This document shows positions 17,272-25,382 of a DNA stretch of 33,428 nt, in pieces. Below the pieces are notes generated by a model. The model was not told the origin of the DNA. It searched no databases and was given only the letters and a program-made list of their open reading frames with translations. The stretch covers positions 1 to 33,428 of the forward strand of contig CAYYTD010000001.1 in NCBI GenBank assembly GCA_964474475.1, given 5' to 3'. This DNA comes from an uncultured Oscillospiraceae bacterium (GTDB taxonomy: Bacteria > Bacillota > Clostridia > Christensenellales > CAG-314). Numbering within the stretch: position 1 is the first letter of the stretch; every line of letters begins with the position of its first letter. A program made the translations under genes and the position numbers.

Positions 17272-20200
17272 ATGAAGGATATGAAAAAACGTACCGTAGC
17301 GGTTATCGCTTTTGCAACTTTATTGATTATTTGCCTTACGTTTGTGGGTTGCAACGACAACGGCCCCGTTAAGGGATACGAACCGTCTACGTTAACCAAC
17401 AACACGACGACCATCAAGACTACCTCTGCCGAGCAAACGCAGTACTATGGTTCTCTTGAAAACGTAATCGAAGGATATGCCTCCGAGTACGTAATTACGC
17501 GTCACAAACCAATGGCAGGTACCTTTTACGCCTACACCGAAGGCATCACCGACGACCTTGCCGGACTTCACGGCGGCGAAGGCAACGAAGCCGTCTTTTG
17601 GCCGGGCTCTCAACTGCTCAAGTTGAAGCTGTCTTATGACCTTGACGGAAATCTTCAAAAGGAAGAAGAACTGCTGGTAGATTCTCCCAACGGAGTAGTG
17701 CGCGATCCGGACGTTTCCGCCGATGGCAAAAGAGTGGTGTTCAGCTGGAAACAAAACAAACAAGACGACTACCACCTTTACATTTACTTTTTAGAAACGG
17801 GCCTTGTTGAGCAAATCACCTTTGGTCAAGGCATCAGTGATACCGAACCCAAGTGGTTGCCCAACGGTCAAATAGTCTTTTCCTCGTCCAGAACGGTACA
17901 AATAGTAGACTGCTGGAAAACCCCCGTATCCAACCTGTATATTTGCAATGCAGACGGTTCGGAAATGATCCGCGTAGGATACGACCAAGTTCACACAACC
18001 TACCCCACCGTTACGGAAGATGGCAGAGTGCTTTACACTCGTTGGGACTACAACGACAGAACGCAAATGTTCGTTCAAGCGCTTTTCTCAATGAATGCCG
18101 ACGGCACCGGACAAACGGCAGTATTCGGAAACAACAGTAACAACCCTACTACGGTAATGCACACCGTTGCCGTTCCCGGTTCGTCCAGTAAGTACCTTAC
18201 CATCGTTTCCGGTCACCACGTAACACAAGGCGGCAAACTTGCCGTTATCGATACCGCAATCGATCGTGACGGACAATCTCCCCTCGATTACGTATTCGAA
18301 GCTGCCGAATCGGGCGAAAGTATCGACACTCTCGGTCAAGCAGGCAGAATTTACAAGTACCCCATTGCAATTAACGAAAATGAAATGATTTTCGCCAGAG
18401 CGGAGTCTTGGGCAAGTGCCAAGCAAGAAACCAAGTTCAGCTTGTATTATTACAATTCCGAAACGGGCGAAATGATTTGCATTGCCGATTGTAACGGTGG
18501 CAAAATTTCCTGTTCGCAAATTGCACCCATTCGCACCAAACGCACATTCGTTCGCCCCAGCATGGTCGATTACTCCAAGGATACCGGCACCTATTACGTT
18601 GCAAACGTTTACGAAGGCGACACCATGAAGGAAGTTGAATTCGGTGCAGTCAAGTATCTCCGCGTAGTTGCGTTGGATTACAGACCTTACGCCGTTGGTG
18701 CGGTTTCGGCAGGAAACAGCTCGGCTTATCCCGACGGTTTTGGTACTTCCGACCCGTCAACACCCGTAGGAACGGCAAACTCCACGTGGGACGTAAAGAA
18801 GGTTATCGGCATCGTGCCTGTCGAAGAAGACGGCTCCGTAATGTTCAGTTGCCCGTCGGACGTTCCCGTGTACTTCCAGCTCCTAGATGAAAACGGATTG
18901 ATGATTCAGTCCATGAGAAGTTGGTCCACCCTCATGCCGGGCGAAACTTTCTCCTGCGTGGGATGTCACGAAAGCAAAAACAACGTTCCCGTTAGCGGCA
19001 GCATGGTTACGATGGCAATGAAGAAGGGCGTCCAAAAGCTTCAAAAAGACATTTGGATGACCACTGAAGAGTACGAAAATTACGATCCTTACACCGATTA
19101 CAAAGGATTTAGCTACGCCGACGAAATTCAGCCCATTCTTGACAGAAGTTGTGTGTCGTGTCATACTAACGTAGAATTGGCAAATAAGCGTCTTGGCAGC
19201 CAAGGCATTTCGGTAGATATAGGCAAAACGGTTACTTCTTCCACGTGGAAGTATCTTGTAACTACAAAGAGTAACGACGTTTCTTGGACGAGTTCCGCCT
19301 TCAATCCCGATTGGTCAACGGCAACGCAACCCTTTGGTAGCGATTCAGGCAGTTCCATCACGTGGGGTGCAAGTTCCGATGCTTGCTTCTACATGACGCA
19401 ACAATTTACCCTCACGGCTGACCAGCTCAAAGGCAAGTTCTTTATCAAGTGGCAGTACGACGAAGATCCTCAACTCTATCTCAACGGTACGAGAATCGAT
19501 TCCGTTCCTGTCAACGGCACCTACATTACAGGCACAACCTATTTTGAACTTTCCGCATCGCAAAAAGCACTTCTCAACGAAGGTACCAACACGATTACCG
19601 CGCGTGCTTACAACGCTATGGGCGGTTCGTATATGTACGTAGAGTTAACCTGCAACACTGAGGTTGCTTCCACAACCACAAGCCCTGTTGCACTTACGGA
19701 CGAAATTAGGGTAGCAAGCCGCGACAAGGTAGATTACTATCTGTCCTACCTCGTGCTTACAGGTTCTTTCCTCAAGGGTAACTTCTATTGCGGGACTCCC
19801 ACTAACGACATCACCGATTGGATCGGCGGCATGAGCGATCCTACGACCATTCCTGCGTATACTCATGGTTCAACCCAAAGCGGAATCATCGAAATGCTCA
19901 TGAACGACCATCAAGGACTTCTTTCTTCGGGCAAGATCAGCAAGGAAGACATCTACCGCATTGCAGCATGGATCGATCTCGGCGTTCCTTACAGAGGAAG
20001 CTACAACGAAGCTTCGGAAAACTGGGGTTCGTTGGAAATGGGTGAAGCCGAAAGACGCCAAAACATGCGCGACTATTACAACAAGATCGACGAGTTGAAC
20101 AAGGCAAAAAAAGCAGGCCAACTCAGCAGAAAAAAGGTGCTCATCGAGTACTTTGATGCAAGTGGCAACTATATCGGCGCAGTAGAAGATAGACACCTTT

Positions 20201-20949
20201 CCATTCTCTATCTCGATCAAAAAATTCAAGCGGGCGACACCGTCGTCGTAACCCTTCCCAGTGGCTACGAATACGTGTGGTTTAGCCTCAGTCCCAAAAT
20301 GAAGCTGGCACTCATGTACTGTCCGGACGGCGTGTTCACTTACACGGTTCCCCAGTATGCCGAAAATATCTTCCCCAACCTTACCGTAGGAAAGGATCAA
20401 TACGTTTACACCCATCCCACGATTACCGCCTTCCTTCCTAGCGAAGAAGACTTGAATGCAATTTACAACGTAGCACTCAATCCGTACGACGCAGGCTACA
20501 AAAACGAAGGAGCCAAGATAACCACAGGCAGCGCTTGGGAAAACGACGGTTACGGCAACTTCTTCCCTGCAAACGCATTTGACGGATTCACCTGCAACCG
20601 CGGCCACGGTGTATTCCCCAACCAAAGCTGGGGACCGGACAAGAACGTAGGCAATGAAGATAGATGGCTGCAAATCGACTTCGGTAGAGAAGTAGAGCTT
20701 TACTCCTTTGAAATGTTCATTCGTGCAGACTTCCCGCACGATGCTTACATCACCAAGCTGGAACTTGAATTTTCCGACGGGACGATAATAGAGTGGACTG
20801 ACCTCAAGCAAACGAATCAAGGTCAAATCCTCGTCCTCGAAGAAGCCATCAAAACTACTTTCGTAAAGATTAAAAATATCGAAACTTCCAAGGACGATTG
20901 GTTCGGAATTTCCGAGTTTATGGCTTACGGCAAAAACGTTATCAAGTAA
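17272..20949 (+). CDS. Lipoprotein (1225 aa): PD40/TolB-like beta-propeller, HzsA-like di-haem c module, galactose-binding-like beta-sandwich and C-terminal F5/8 type C (discoidin)-like domain
   Basis: Lipobox LTFVGC-NDN. PD40-like repeats: DVSADGKRVVFSW, PKWLPNGQIVFSSSR, PTVTEDGRVLYTRWDY. CXXCH motifs: PGETFSCVGCHESKN (nt 18955-18969) and DRSCVSCHTN (nt 19150-19164). Beta-sandwich pattern: FFIKWQYDEDPQLYLNGTRI. Discoidin-like: NEDRWLQIDFGREVELYSFEMFIRADF. RBS AAGGAGGG. Confidence 0.75.
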   Translation: MKDMKKRTVAVIAFATLLIICLTFVGCNDNGPVKGYEPSTLTNNTTTIKTTSAEQTQYYGSLENVIEGYASEYVITRHKPMAGTFYAYTEGITDDLAGLHGGEGNEAVFWPGSQLLKLKLSYDLDGNLQKEEELLVDSPNGVVRDPDVSADGKRVVFSWKQNKQDDYHLYIYFLETGLVEQITFGQGISDTEPKWLPNGQIVFSSSRTVQIVDCWKTPVSNLYICNADGSEMIRVGYDQVHTTYPTVTEDGRVLYTRWDYNDRTQMFVQALFSMNADGTGQTAVFGNNSNNPTTVMHTVAVPGSSSKYLTIVSGHHVTQGGKLAVIDTAIDRDGQSPLDYVFEAAESGESIDTLGQAGRIYKYPIAINENEMIFARAESWASAKQETKFSLYYYNSETGEMICIADCNGGKISCSQIAPIRTKRTFVRPSMVDYSKDTGTYYVANVYEGDTMKEVEFGAVKYLRVVALDYRPYAVGAVSAGNSSAYPDGFGTSDPSTPVGTANSTWDVKKVIGIVPVEEDGSVMFSCPSDVPVYFQLLDENGLMIQSMRSWSTLMPGETFSCVGCHESKNNVPVSGSMVTMAMKKGVQKLQKDIWMTTEEYENYDPYTDYKGFSYADEIQPILDRSCVSCHTNVELANKRLGSQGISVDIGKTVTSSTWKYLVTTKSNDVSWTSSAFNPDWSTATQPFGSDSGSSITWGASSDACFYMTQQFTLTADQLKGKFFIKWQYDEDPQLYLNGTRIDSVPVNGTYITGTTYFELSASQKALLNEGTNTITARAYNAMGGSYMYVELTCNTEVASTTTSPVALTDEIRVASRDKVDYYLSYLVLTGSFLKGNFYCGTPTNDITDWIGGMSDPTTIPAYTHGSTQSGIIEMLMNDHQGLLSSGKISKEDIYRIAAWIDLGVPYRGSYNEASENWGSLEMGEAERRQNMRDYYNKIDELNKAKKAGQLSRKKVLIEYFDASGNYIGAVEDRHLSILYLDQKIQAGDTVVVTLPSGYEYVWFSLSPKMKLALMYCPDGVFTYTVPQYAENIFPNLTVGKDQYVYTHPTITAFLPSEEDLNAIYNVALNPYDAGYKNEGAKITTGSAWENDGYGNFFPANAFDGFTCNRGHGVFPNQSWGPDKNVGNEDRWLQIDFGREVELYSFEMFIRADFPHDAYITKLELEFSDGTIIEWTDLKQTNQGQILVLEEAIKTTFVKIKNIETSKDDWFGISEFMAYGKNVIK

Positions 20950-20970
20950 TATTAGGGAGGAAACAAAAAC

Positions 20971-22659
20971 ATGAAGAAAACACTCGCTTTAATTCTTTTG
21001 TCGGTGTTGGCGTTAACGTTGGTTGCTTTTGCAGCTTGTGAAAAGGAACCGCCCGCACCCGTAAAGCCCACCGTGGGCACAGTAAGTGGCGTTGTAACCG
21101 ATTCTGCCGGCGATCCGCTTGAAGAAGCAGAAGTTTACTATTCCGAAGATTCTTCCGTTGAAACAAACGAGAACGGCAAATTCAGCATCAAAAACGTAAC
21201 CGTTGGCGATCTTACTTTGAAGGTAACACTCAAAGGCTACGCCACGAAAACGGTCAACGTAAACTACGACAGTTTCGACGACGAAGGCAACTGCAACTTG
21301 ACCATCGCCCTGGAAGATGGCGTAGGCACCATTAAGGGTACCGTCAGCGTAGACGGACTTACTTCCAAAAAGCTCCAAGGCGTTACCGTCTCTCTCGGTA
21401 GTTCGCAAGTGACGACGGACAAGGACGGCAAGTACGAAATTACCAACGTTTCCATGCACGGAACCAAAACCCTTACGGCAGTCGTCGACGGCTACGGTCA
21501 GTCGCGCAAAACCGTAACCGTTCGTTCCTTCGACGTAAACGGCGTTGCAACGGTCAACTTCCAACTCGTTCAAAACGACCTTGCCGAGTTGCCGGGCATC
21601 AAACCCAGCCAGCTTGAAGCGCTCGAAATTATTCCCGCAAGCAAAACGCAACTCAGCCTTTCCGACCTGAAAAATCTCAATCGCAGCCCGGACGGACTTG
21701 CAGGCACTTCCAAGGTTGAAGATCACGGCGAAGGTCTTTGCGTTAATGCCGATACCAAGAGTGACAATTCCAATATGGTTGCCTTCATTTACGGCAAAAT
21801 TAAAATTGACGACAACCACAAGTTCCTTACCTCTTACGTAAGAATTTTCTTCGGACAAAACGGCGGCAAGGATCACGATGCAGAAGCCGCAGGCGACTTT
21901 TCAACTGCAAAGCTTGCCGAGCTTGGCGTGTACATCATCAACGAACAAGGTGAAGTCGTCACAGACGTTGCTACCTTCCAAAAGGTAACCACCGAAGGTT
22001 TCATGCCCGTAACGTTCGATCTTTCCGCTTTTAGCGGACAAACGGTAACCTTCATTCTCGGCACCAAGACGGGATATCACTGCTGCTTTGACAGAGTAGA
22101 ATTTGCTGCCGCAGCTCCCAGATATCTTACCGTTAGCGGAGTGGACGGACTTACCAGCATTATGCTTCACAGCAAAGTGACGGATACTTCCTTCGATGCT
22201 GCAGCGCTCAAAGAAAAATGGGCTATCAGCGGTGGCGTAGGCATGGTGAGTGAAGGCATACAACTTAACGGCGCCGATCCTTGGAAGGCTGAAGATTTCG
22301 ATGCAGCCAATCCTCAGCCTGTAAACTCCTATATGTACTTAACTACGGATATTACCGCACAAAACAGTCAAATGTCAATTGCGGCAACCATCGTTAACCT
22401 TAAAGAGTGCACAGACCCCGCTTCTGCCGATCCCAACCATCACTTCTTCCCGTGGGTTTCCGTAATAGTGCTTGACAGTAACGGCAATGTTCTCAAGCAA
22501 ACGGACTGGACCAAGGTTGAAGTTGCCGAAAACAACGCCGAGTTCAATTTGGATTGCGATCTTTCCTCTTGCGTAGGGCAAGACGTCACCGTCGTTATTG
22601 CCTGCAATGTAGGTTATCGTGCAACCATCACGGGCGTAACTTTTGACGCAGCACAGTAA
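20971..22659 (+). CDS. Lipoprotein with two carboxypeptidase-regulatory-like (CarboxypepD_reg) domains and two related C-terminal beta-sandwich modules
   Basis: Lipobox LVAFAAC-EKE. CarboxypepD_reg-like segments: GTVSGVVTDSAGDPLEEAEVYYSEDSSVETNENGKFSIKNVTVGDLTLKVTLKGY and GTIKGTVSVDG...VTTDKDGKYEITNVSMHGTKTLTAVVDGY. C-terminal duplication: VTFDLSAFSGQTVTFILGTKTGYHCCFDRVEF vs FNLDCDLSSCVGQDVTVVIACNVGYRATITGVTF. Confidence 0.7.
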   Translation: MKKTLALILLSVLALTLVAFAACEKEPPAPVKPTVGTVSGVVTDSAGDPLEEAEVYYSEDSSVETNENGKFSIKNVTVGDLTLKVTLKGYATKTVNVNYDSFDDEGNCNLTIALEDGVGTIKGTVSVDGLTSKKLQGVTVSLGSSQVTTDKDGKYEITNVSMHGTKTLTAVVDGYGQSRKTVTVRSFDVNGVATVNFQLVQNDLAELPGIKPSQLEALEIIPASKTQLSLSDLKNLNRSPDGLAGTSKVEDHGEGLCVNADTKSDNSNMVAFIYGKIKIDDNHKFLTSYVRIFFGQNGGKDHDAEAAGDFSTAKLAELGVYIINEQGEVVTDVATFQKVTTEGFMPVTFDLSAFSGQTVTFILGTKTGYHCCFDRVEFAAAAPRYLTVSGVDGLTSIMLHSKVTDTSFDAAALKEKWAISGGVGMVSEGIQLNGADPWKAEDFDAANPQPVNSYMYLTTDITAQNSQMSIAATIVNLKECTDPASADPNHHFFPWVSVIVLDSNGNVLKQTDWTKVEVAENNAEFNLDCDLSSCVGQDVTVVIACNVGYRATITGVTFDAAQ

Positions 22660-22676
22660 ACTTTATAACACAAACG

Positions 22677-22712
22677 GGTAAATGCGGCGCAATTGCCGCA
22701 TTTACCTTTAAA
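22677..22712 (+). terminator. Hairpin terminator candidate after the lipoprotein operon
   Basis: 12-bp perfect stem GGTAAATGCGGC (22677-22688) pairing with GCCGCATTTACC (22695-22706), 6-nt loop, followed by TTTAAACTTT (a weak T tract). Confidence 0.5.
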
Positions 22713-22726
22713 CTTTCAAGGAACAC

Positions 22727-23617
22727 ATGAAACCATCACAAAAAAGCAAACCGTTTGATAGAAAAGACGTATTTTTCCGCACGTTTAAGGAGCATTACGG
22801 CGTTTTGCTCGGCGTAAGCTTGGCAATGTTTGTATTTGCTCTGCCCGTAGTTGCGGTTTATTTCGGCGCGTATATCGAGTTGTCTCTTTTGGGAGAAATC
22901 ACGTTGGAAAACGCAGTGGAAATGTATTCCATACAAACGCAAATGTATATTTGGCTCATTCCTGCCTTTGCCATTTTTTCGGTGGGCGCAGCGGGTGCGT
23001 TTTACGTCATTCGCCGGCTGGTTTGGGATCAGCCAGTTTTGTTCTTTAGGGATTTCTTCCGCGGAATAAAGGCAAATTGGTTACAAAGCTTAATTAGCGG
23101 AGTAATTTTCATTCTTTTTATGGGAGCGCTCAATTACGCAATGAACATGCTCGTCCTCAACGTAGAGTTGGGCTCCGCCTATTGGACGTTGTACGTGGTG
23201 CAAATATTCTTGGCGGTAGTTGCGGCAATGCTGTTGCTGTTTCAGTATGCCGCCATCGCCGTTTACAACGACAACGTATTCAAAATTATCAAGAACAGCT
23301 TTGCTTTCCTTTGGGCGACCTTCCCCCGAAGCATCGGCATCGTACTGTTGGCATTTGCGCCCGTATTTGTTTTGCTTGCTTTTGCTAGTGTGTACATCAT
23401 CTACATCATCGTGTTGATATTCCTTGCGCTGGTGGGCTTTGCTTACGGCATACTCGTCTTCACCCTTCACGCGCATTACGTGTTCGACAAGTACGTCAAC
23501 AAGCAGTCTTTCCCCGACGTGTACAAAAAGGGGCTTTACCACGAAGGAACGACGGTCGGTAGCGAAACGGAATCTTCCGTCCCCGCCACCGAGGGCTACA
23601 ACATCGACGTTGAATAG
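22727..23617 (+). CDS. YesL/DUF624-family integral membrane protein
   Basis: About 6 TM segments. The N-terminal FFRTFKEHYGVLLGVSL and FFRDFFRGIKANW motifs are typical of DUF624 proteins, which accompany Gram-positive sugar ABC loci. The RBS is weak. Confidence 0.7.
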   Translation: MKPSQKSKPFDRKDVFFRTFKEHYGVLLGVSLAMFVFALPVVAVYFGAYIELSLLGEITLENAVEMYSIQTQMYIWLIPAFAIFSVGAAGAFYVIRRLVWDQPVLFFRDFFRGIKANWLQSLISGVIFILFMGALNYAMNMLVLNVELGSAYWTLYVVQIFLAVVAAMLLLFQYAAIAVYNDNVFKIIKNSFAFLWATFPRSIGIVLLAFAPVFVLLAFASVYIIYIIVLIFLALVGFAYGILVFTLHAHYVFDKYVNKQSFPDVYKKGLYHEGTTVGSETESSVPATEGYNIDVE

Positions 23618-23659
23618 GTTTGCAATTTCAAGTCGAGTAGTTTTACAATTTCAATAACA

Positions 23660-23732
23660 AAAAAAGGCGCTCGGCGAAGTTTTTCGTCGGGCGTCTTTTT
23701 CGTGATTTGTTAATTATTATTGCAATTCGTTG
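23660..23732. repeat. 73-bp direct repeat, copy 1 (contains a terminator)
   Basis: Matches 25151-25223 at a constant offset of 1491 bp, with one mismatch seen (23709 G vs 25200 A). Looser similarity extends a few nt upstream (CAATAA...). Confidence 0.85.
23666..23700 (+). terminator. Rho-independent terminator (A-tract upstream and T-tract downstream, so possibly bidirectional)
   Basis: 13-bp stem GGCGCTCGGCGAA / TTCGTCGGGCGTC (three G-U pairs), loop GTTT, then TTTTT (23696-23700). Preceded by A7 (23659-23665). Confidence 0.7.
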
Positions 23733-23926
23733 ATATTTTTTGTATTTTATTCGTTGAGTTTTTTTGCAAATAAATACGCTGATTTTTTTGCAAATGCATT
23801 TTTCGTTGTGTCTTTAGGAATGCGGTCAAAGTGGGTGGATGAATGCGCAAATACAGTTGCAAAAAGGTAAAGCACAAATTTATTCGTCTCGATTTTCTTT
23901 ACCGATGATATTATTTTCGGCATACA

Positions 23927-23935
23927 TGGTATAAT
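23927..23935 (+). promoter_or_regulatory. Extended -10 promoter element candidate for the arsR-nitroreductase cassette
   Basis: TGgTATAAT at 23927-23935, about 40 nt upstream of the ArsR start. The -35 (GATATT, 23907-23912) is weak. Confidence 0.35.
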
Positions 23936-23976
23936 AGCATTGGTTTAAACGTTTAGACGAAAGGAGGTGCATTGTT

Positions 23977-24330
23977 GTGGACAATCACGAAAGGGTACGC
24001 GAGCTTACGGATAGGTTTTCCGCTTGTTCCAAAGTGCTTATTGCCATAGGGGACGAAACGAGACAGCGACTGATACTGGAAATGATGAAAATTGGCAAGT
24101 GCAACGGCGTTCGCGTGGGCGAAATAACACAAAAGACGAATTTGTCGCGCCCTGCAGTGTCCCATCATTTGCAAATAATGAAGGATGCCGGCATCGTCAA
24201 AGTGCGCAAGGAAGGCACCAAGAATTACTATTATTTCGATTCGGAAATGGAGTGCTTCGAGCAGTTAATTTCCACATTGCGTTTTGCCATGGAAATATCT
24301 GCCGATTTGCCCGATAGGCGCGGAGAATAA
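23977..24330 (+). CDS. ArsR/SmtB-family winged-helix transcriptional regulator
   Basis: 117 aa. Sequence LIAIGDETRQRLILEMMK...VGEITQKTNLSRPAVSHHLQIMKDAGIVKVRKEGTKNYYYF. GTG start 9 nt after AAGGAGG. Confidence 0.85.
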   Translation: MDNHERVRELTDRFSACSKVLIAIGDETRQRLILEMMKIGKCNGVRVGEITQKTNLSRPAVSHHLQIMKDAGIVKVRKEGTKNYYYFDSEMECFEQLISTLRFAMEISADLPDRRGE

Positions 24331-24437
24331 CGGGCATTTGCGCAAGACAACTCAAGTGGGCAAAGTGCCTATTTTGATGGCAAATAAAGATAATTAACCG
24401 TTAAGCGGTGCAATTTTACTAAAACGGAGGTAAAAAA

Positions 24438-25094
24438 ATGGATATATTGCAAATAATGCAGTCACGTCACAGCGTAAGGCAATACGCCGATAGGGCAATT
24501 GAGCAAGACAAAAGGCAGCAATTGGACGAATTGGCCGCCGCGCTTAACAACGAAGCGGGTTTGAATATTCAAATTATTTATGACGAGCCAAATTGTTTCA
24601 ATTCCTTCATGGCAAGGTACGGCAAGTTTTCGGGCGTGAGCAATTATATTGCACTCGTTGGCAAAAAGTCTGCCGATTTGGATGAAAAACTTGGCTATTG
24701 CGGCGAGCAGCTGGTGCTTAAAGCGCAAGAATTGGGATTGAACACCTGCTGGGTTGCACTAACTCACGGCAAAAGCAAGGCTGCTATCGGCAAGGGAGAA
24801 AAGCAAGTGTGCTTAATTGCTCTCGGCTACGGCGCCACGTGCGGAATGGAACACAAGAACAAGCCATTACACAAGGTCAGCAACTGCACCGATTCGTCCC
24901 CCGAATGGTTCGCAAAGGGCGTCAACGCCGCACTGCTGGCGCCCACCGCAATGAATCAGCAAAAATTCTATTTTGAGTTGCAAGCGAACGGCAGTGTAAA
25001 AGTCAAGAGCGGTTCAGGCTTTTATACCAAGTTGGATTTGGGCATTGCCAAGTACCACTTTGAATCCGTTTCCAACGTTAAGGTAAGTAAATAG
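24438..25094 (+). CDS. Nitroreductase-family (FMN-dependent) oxidoreductase
   Basis: 218 aa. N-terminal IMQSRHSVRQYADRAIE is typical of the nitroreductase fold. RBS GGAGG. Confidence 0.85.
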   Translation: MDILQIMQSRHSVRQYADRAIEQDKRQQLDELAAALNNEAGLNIQIIYDEPNCFNSFMARYGKFSGVSNYIALVGKKSADLDEKLGYCGEQLVLKAQELGLNTCWVALTHGKSKAAIGKGEKQVCLIALGYGATCGMEHKNKPLHKVSNCTDSSPEWFAKGVNAALLAPTAMNQQKFYFELQANGSVKVKSGSGFYTKLDLGIAKYHFESVSNVKVSK

Positions 25095-25150
25095 TACGCT
25101 TGCACAGCAAATTTTAGTGAAAATAGTCAGTAGAAAGCGAACAATAAAAT

Positions 25151-25223
25151 AAAAAAGGCGCTCGGCGAAGTTTTTCGTCGGGCGTCTTTTTCGTGATTTA
25201 TTAATTATTATTGCAATTCGTTG
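25151..25223. repeat. 73-bp direct repeat, copy 2
   Basis: See copy 1. Identical apart from one position. Confidence 0.85.
25157..25191. terminator. Rho-independent terminator between convergent genes (nitroreductase + / pepV -)
   Basis: Same hairpin as 23666-23700, flanked by A6 and T5, so it could terminate both converging transcripts. Confidence 0.7.
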
Positions 25224-25382
25224 TTATGTTGTATCGTAATAAGTTGGTTTTAATTGCAATTTATCGGTTATTCTTTTGTAATTTGTCCGTTGAGTTTATT
25301 GATTGTGTTTGTTGTAATCTGTCGGTCGCATTCCTCGCAACTCGTCAATTTGCTTTTTGTTCGTCACAAGCAACTGCGCAGG

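Noticed and set aside
17272-20949. Reading the HzsA-like protein as a real hydrazine synthase or anammox function.
   Set aside because: There are no HzsB/HzsC partners, no hydrazine dehydrogenase and no anammox context. The protein carries carbohydrate-binding-type domains and sits in a glycan locus. Only the domain architecture is comparable.
23660-25223. Possibility that the repeat-flanked ArsR-nitroreductase segment is a mobile element.
   Set aside because: I saw no transposase, integrase or recombinase gene, no terminal inverted repeats and no tRNA attachment site. I report it as a repeat-flanked cassette only and do not call it a mobile element.
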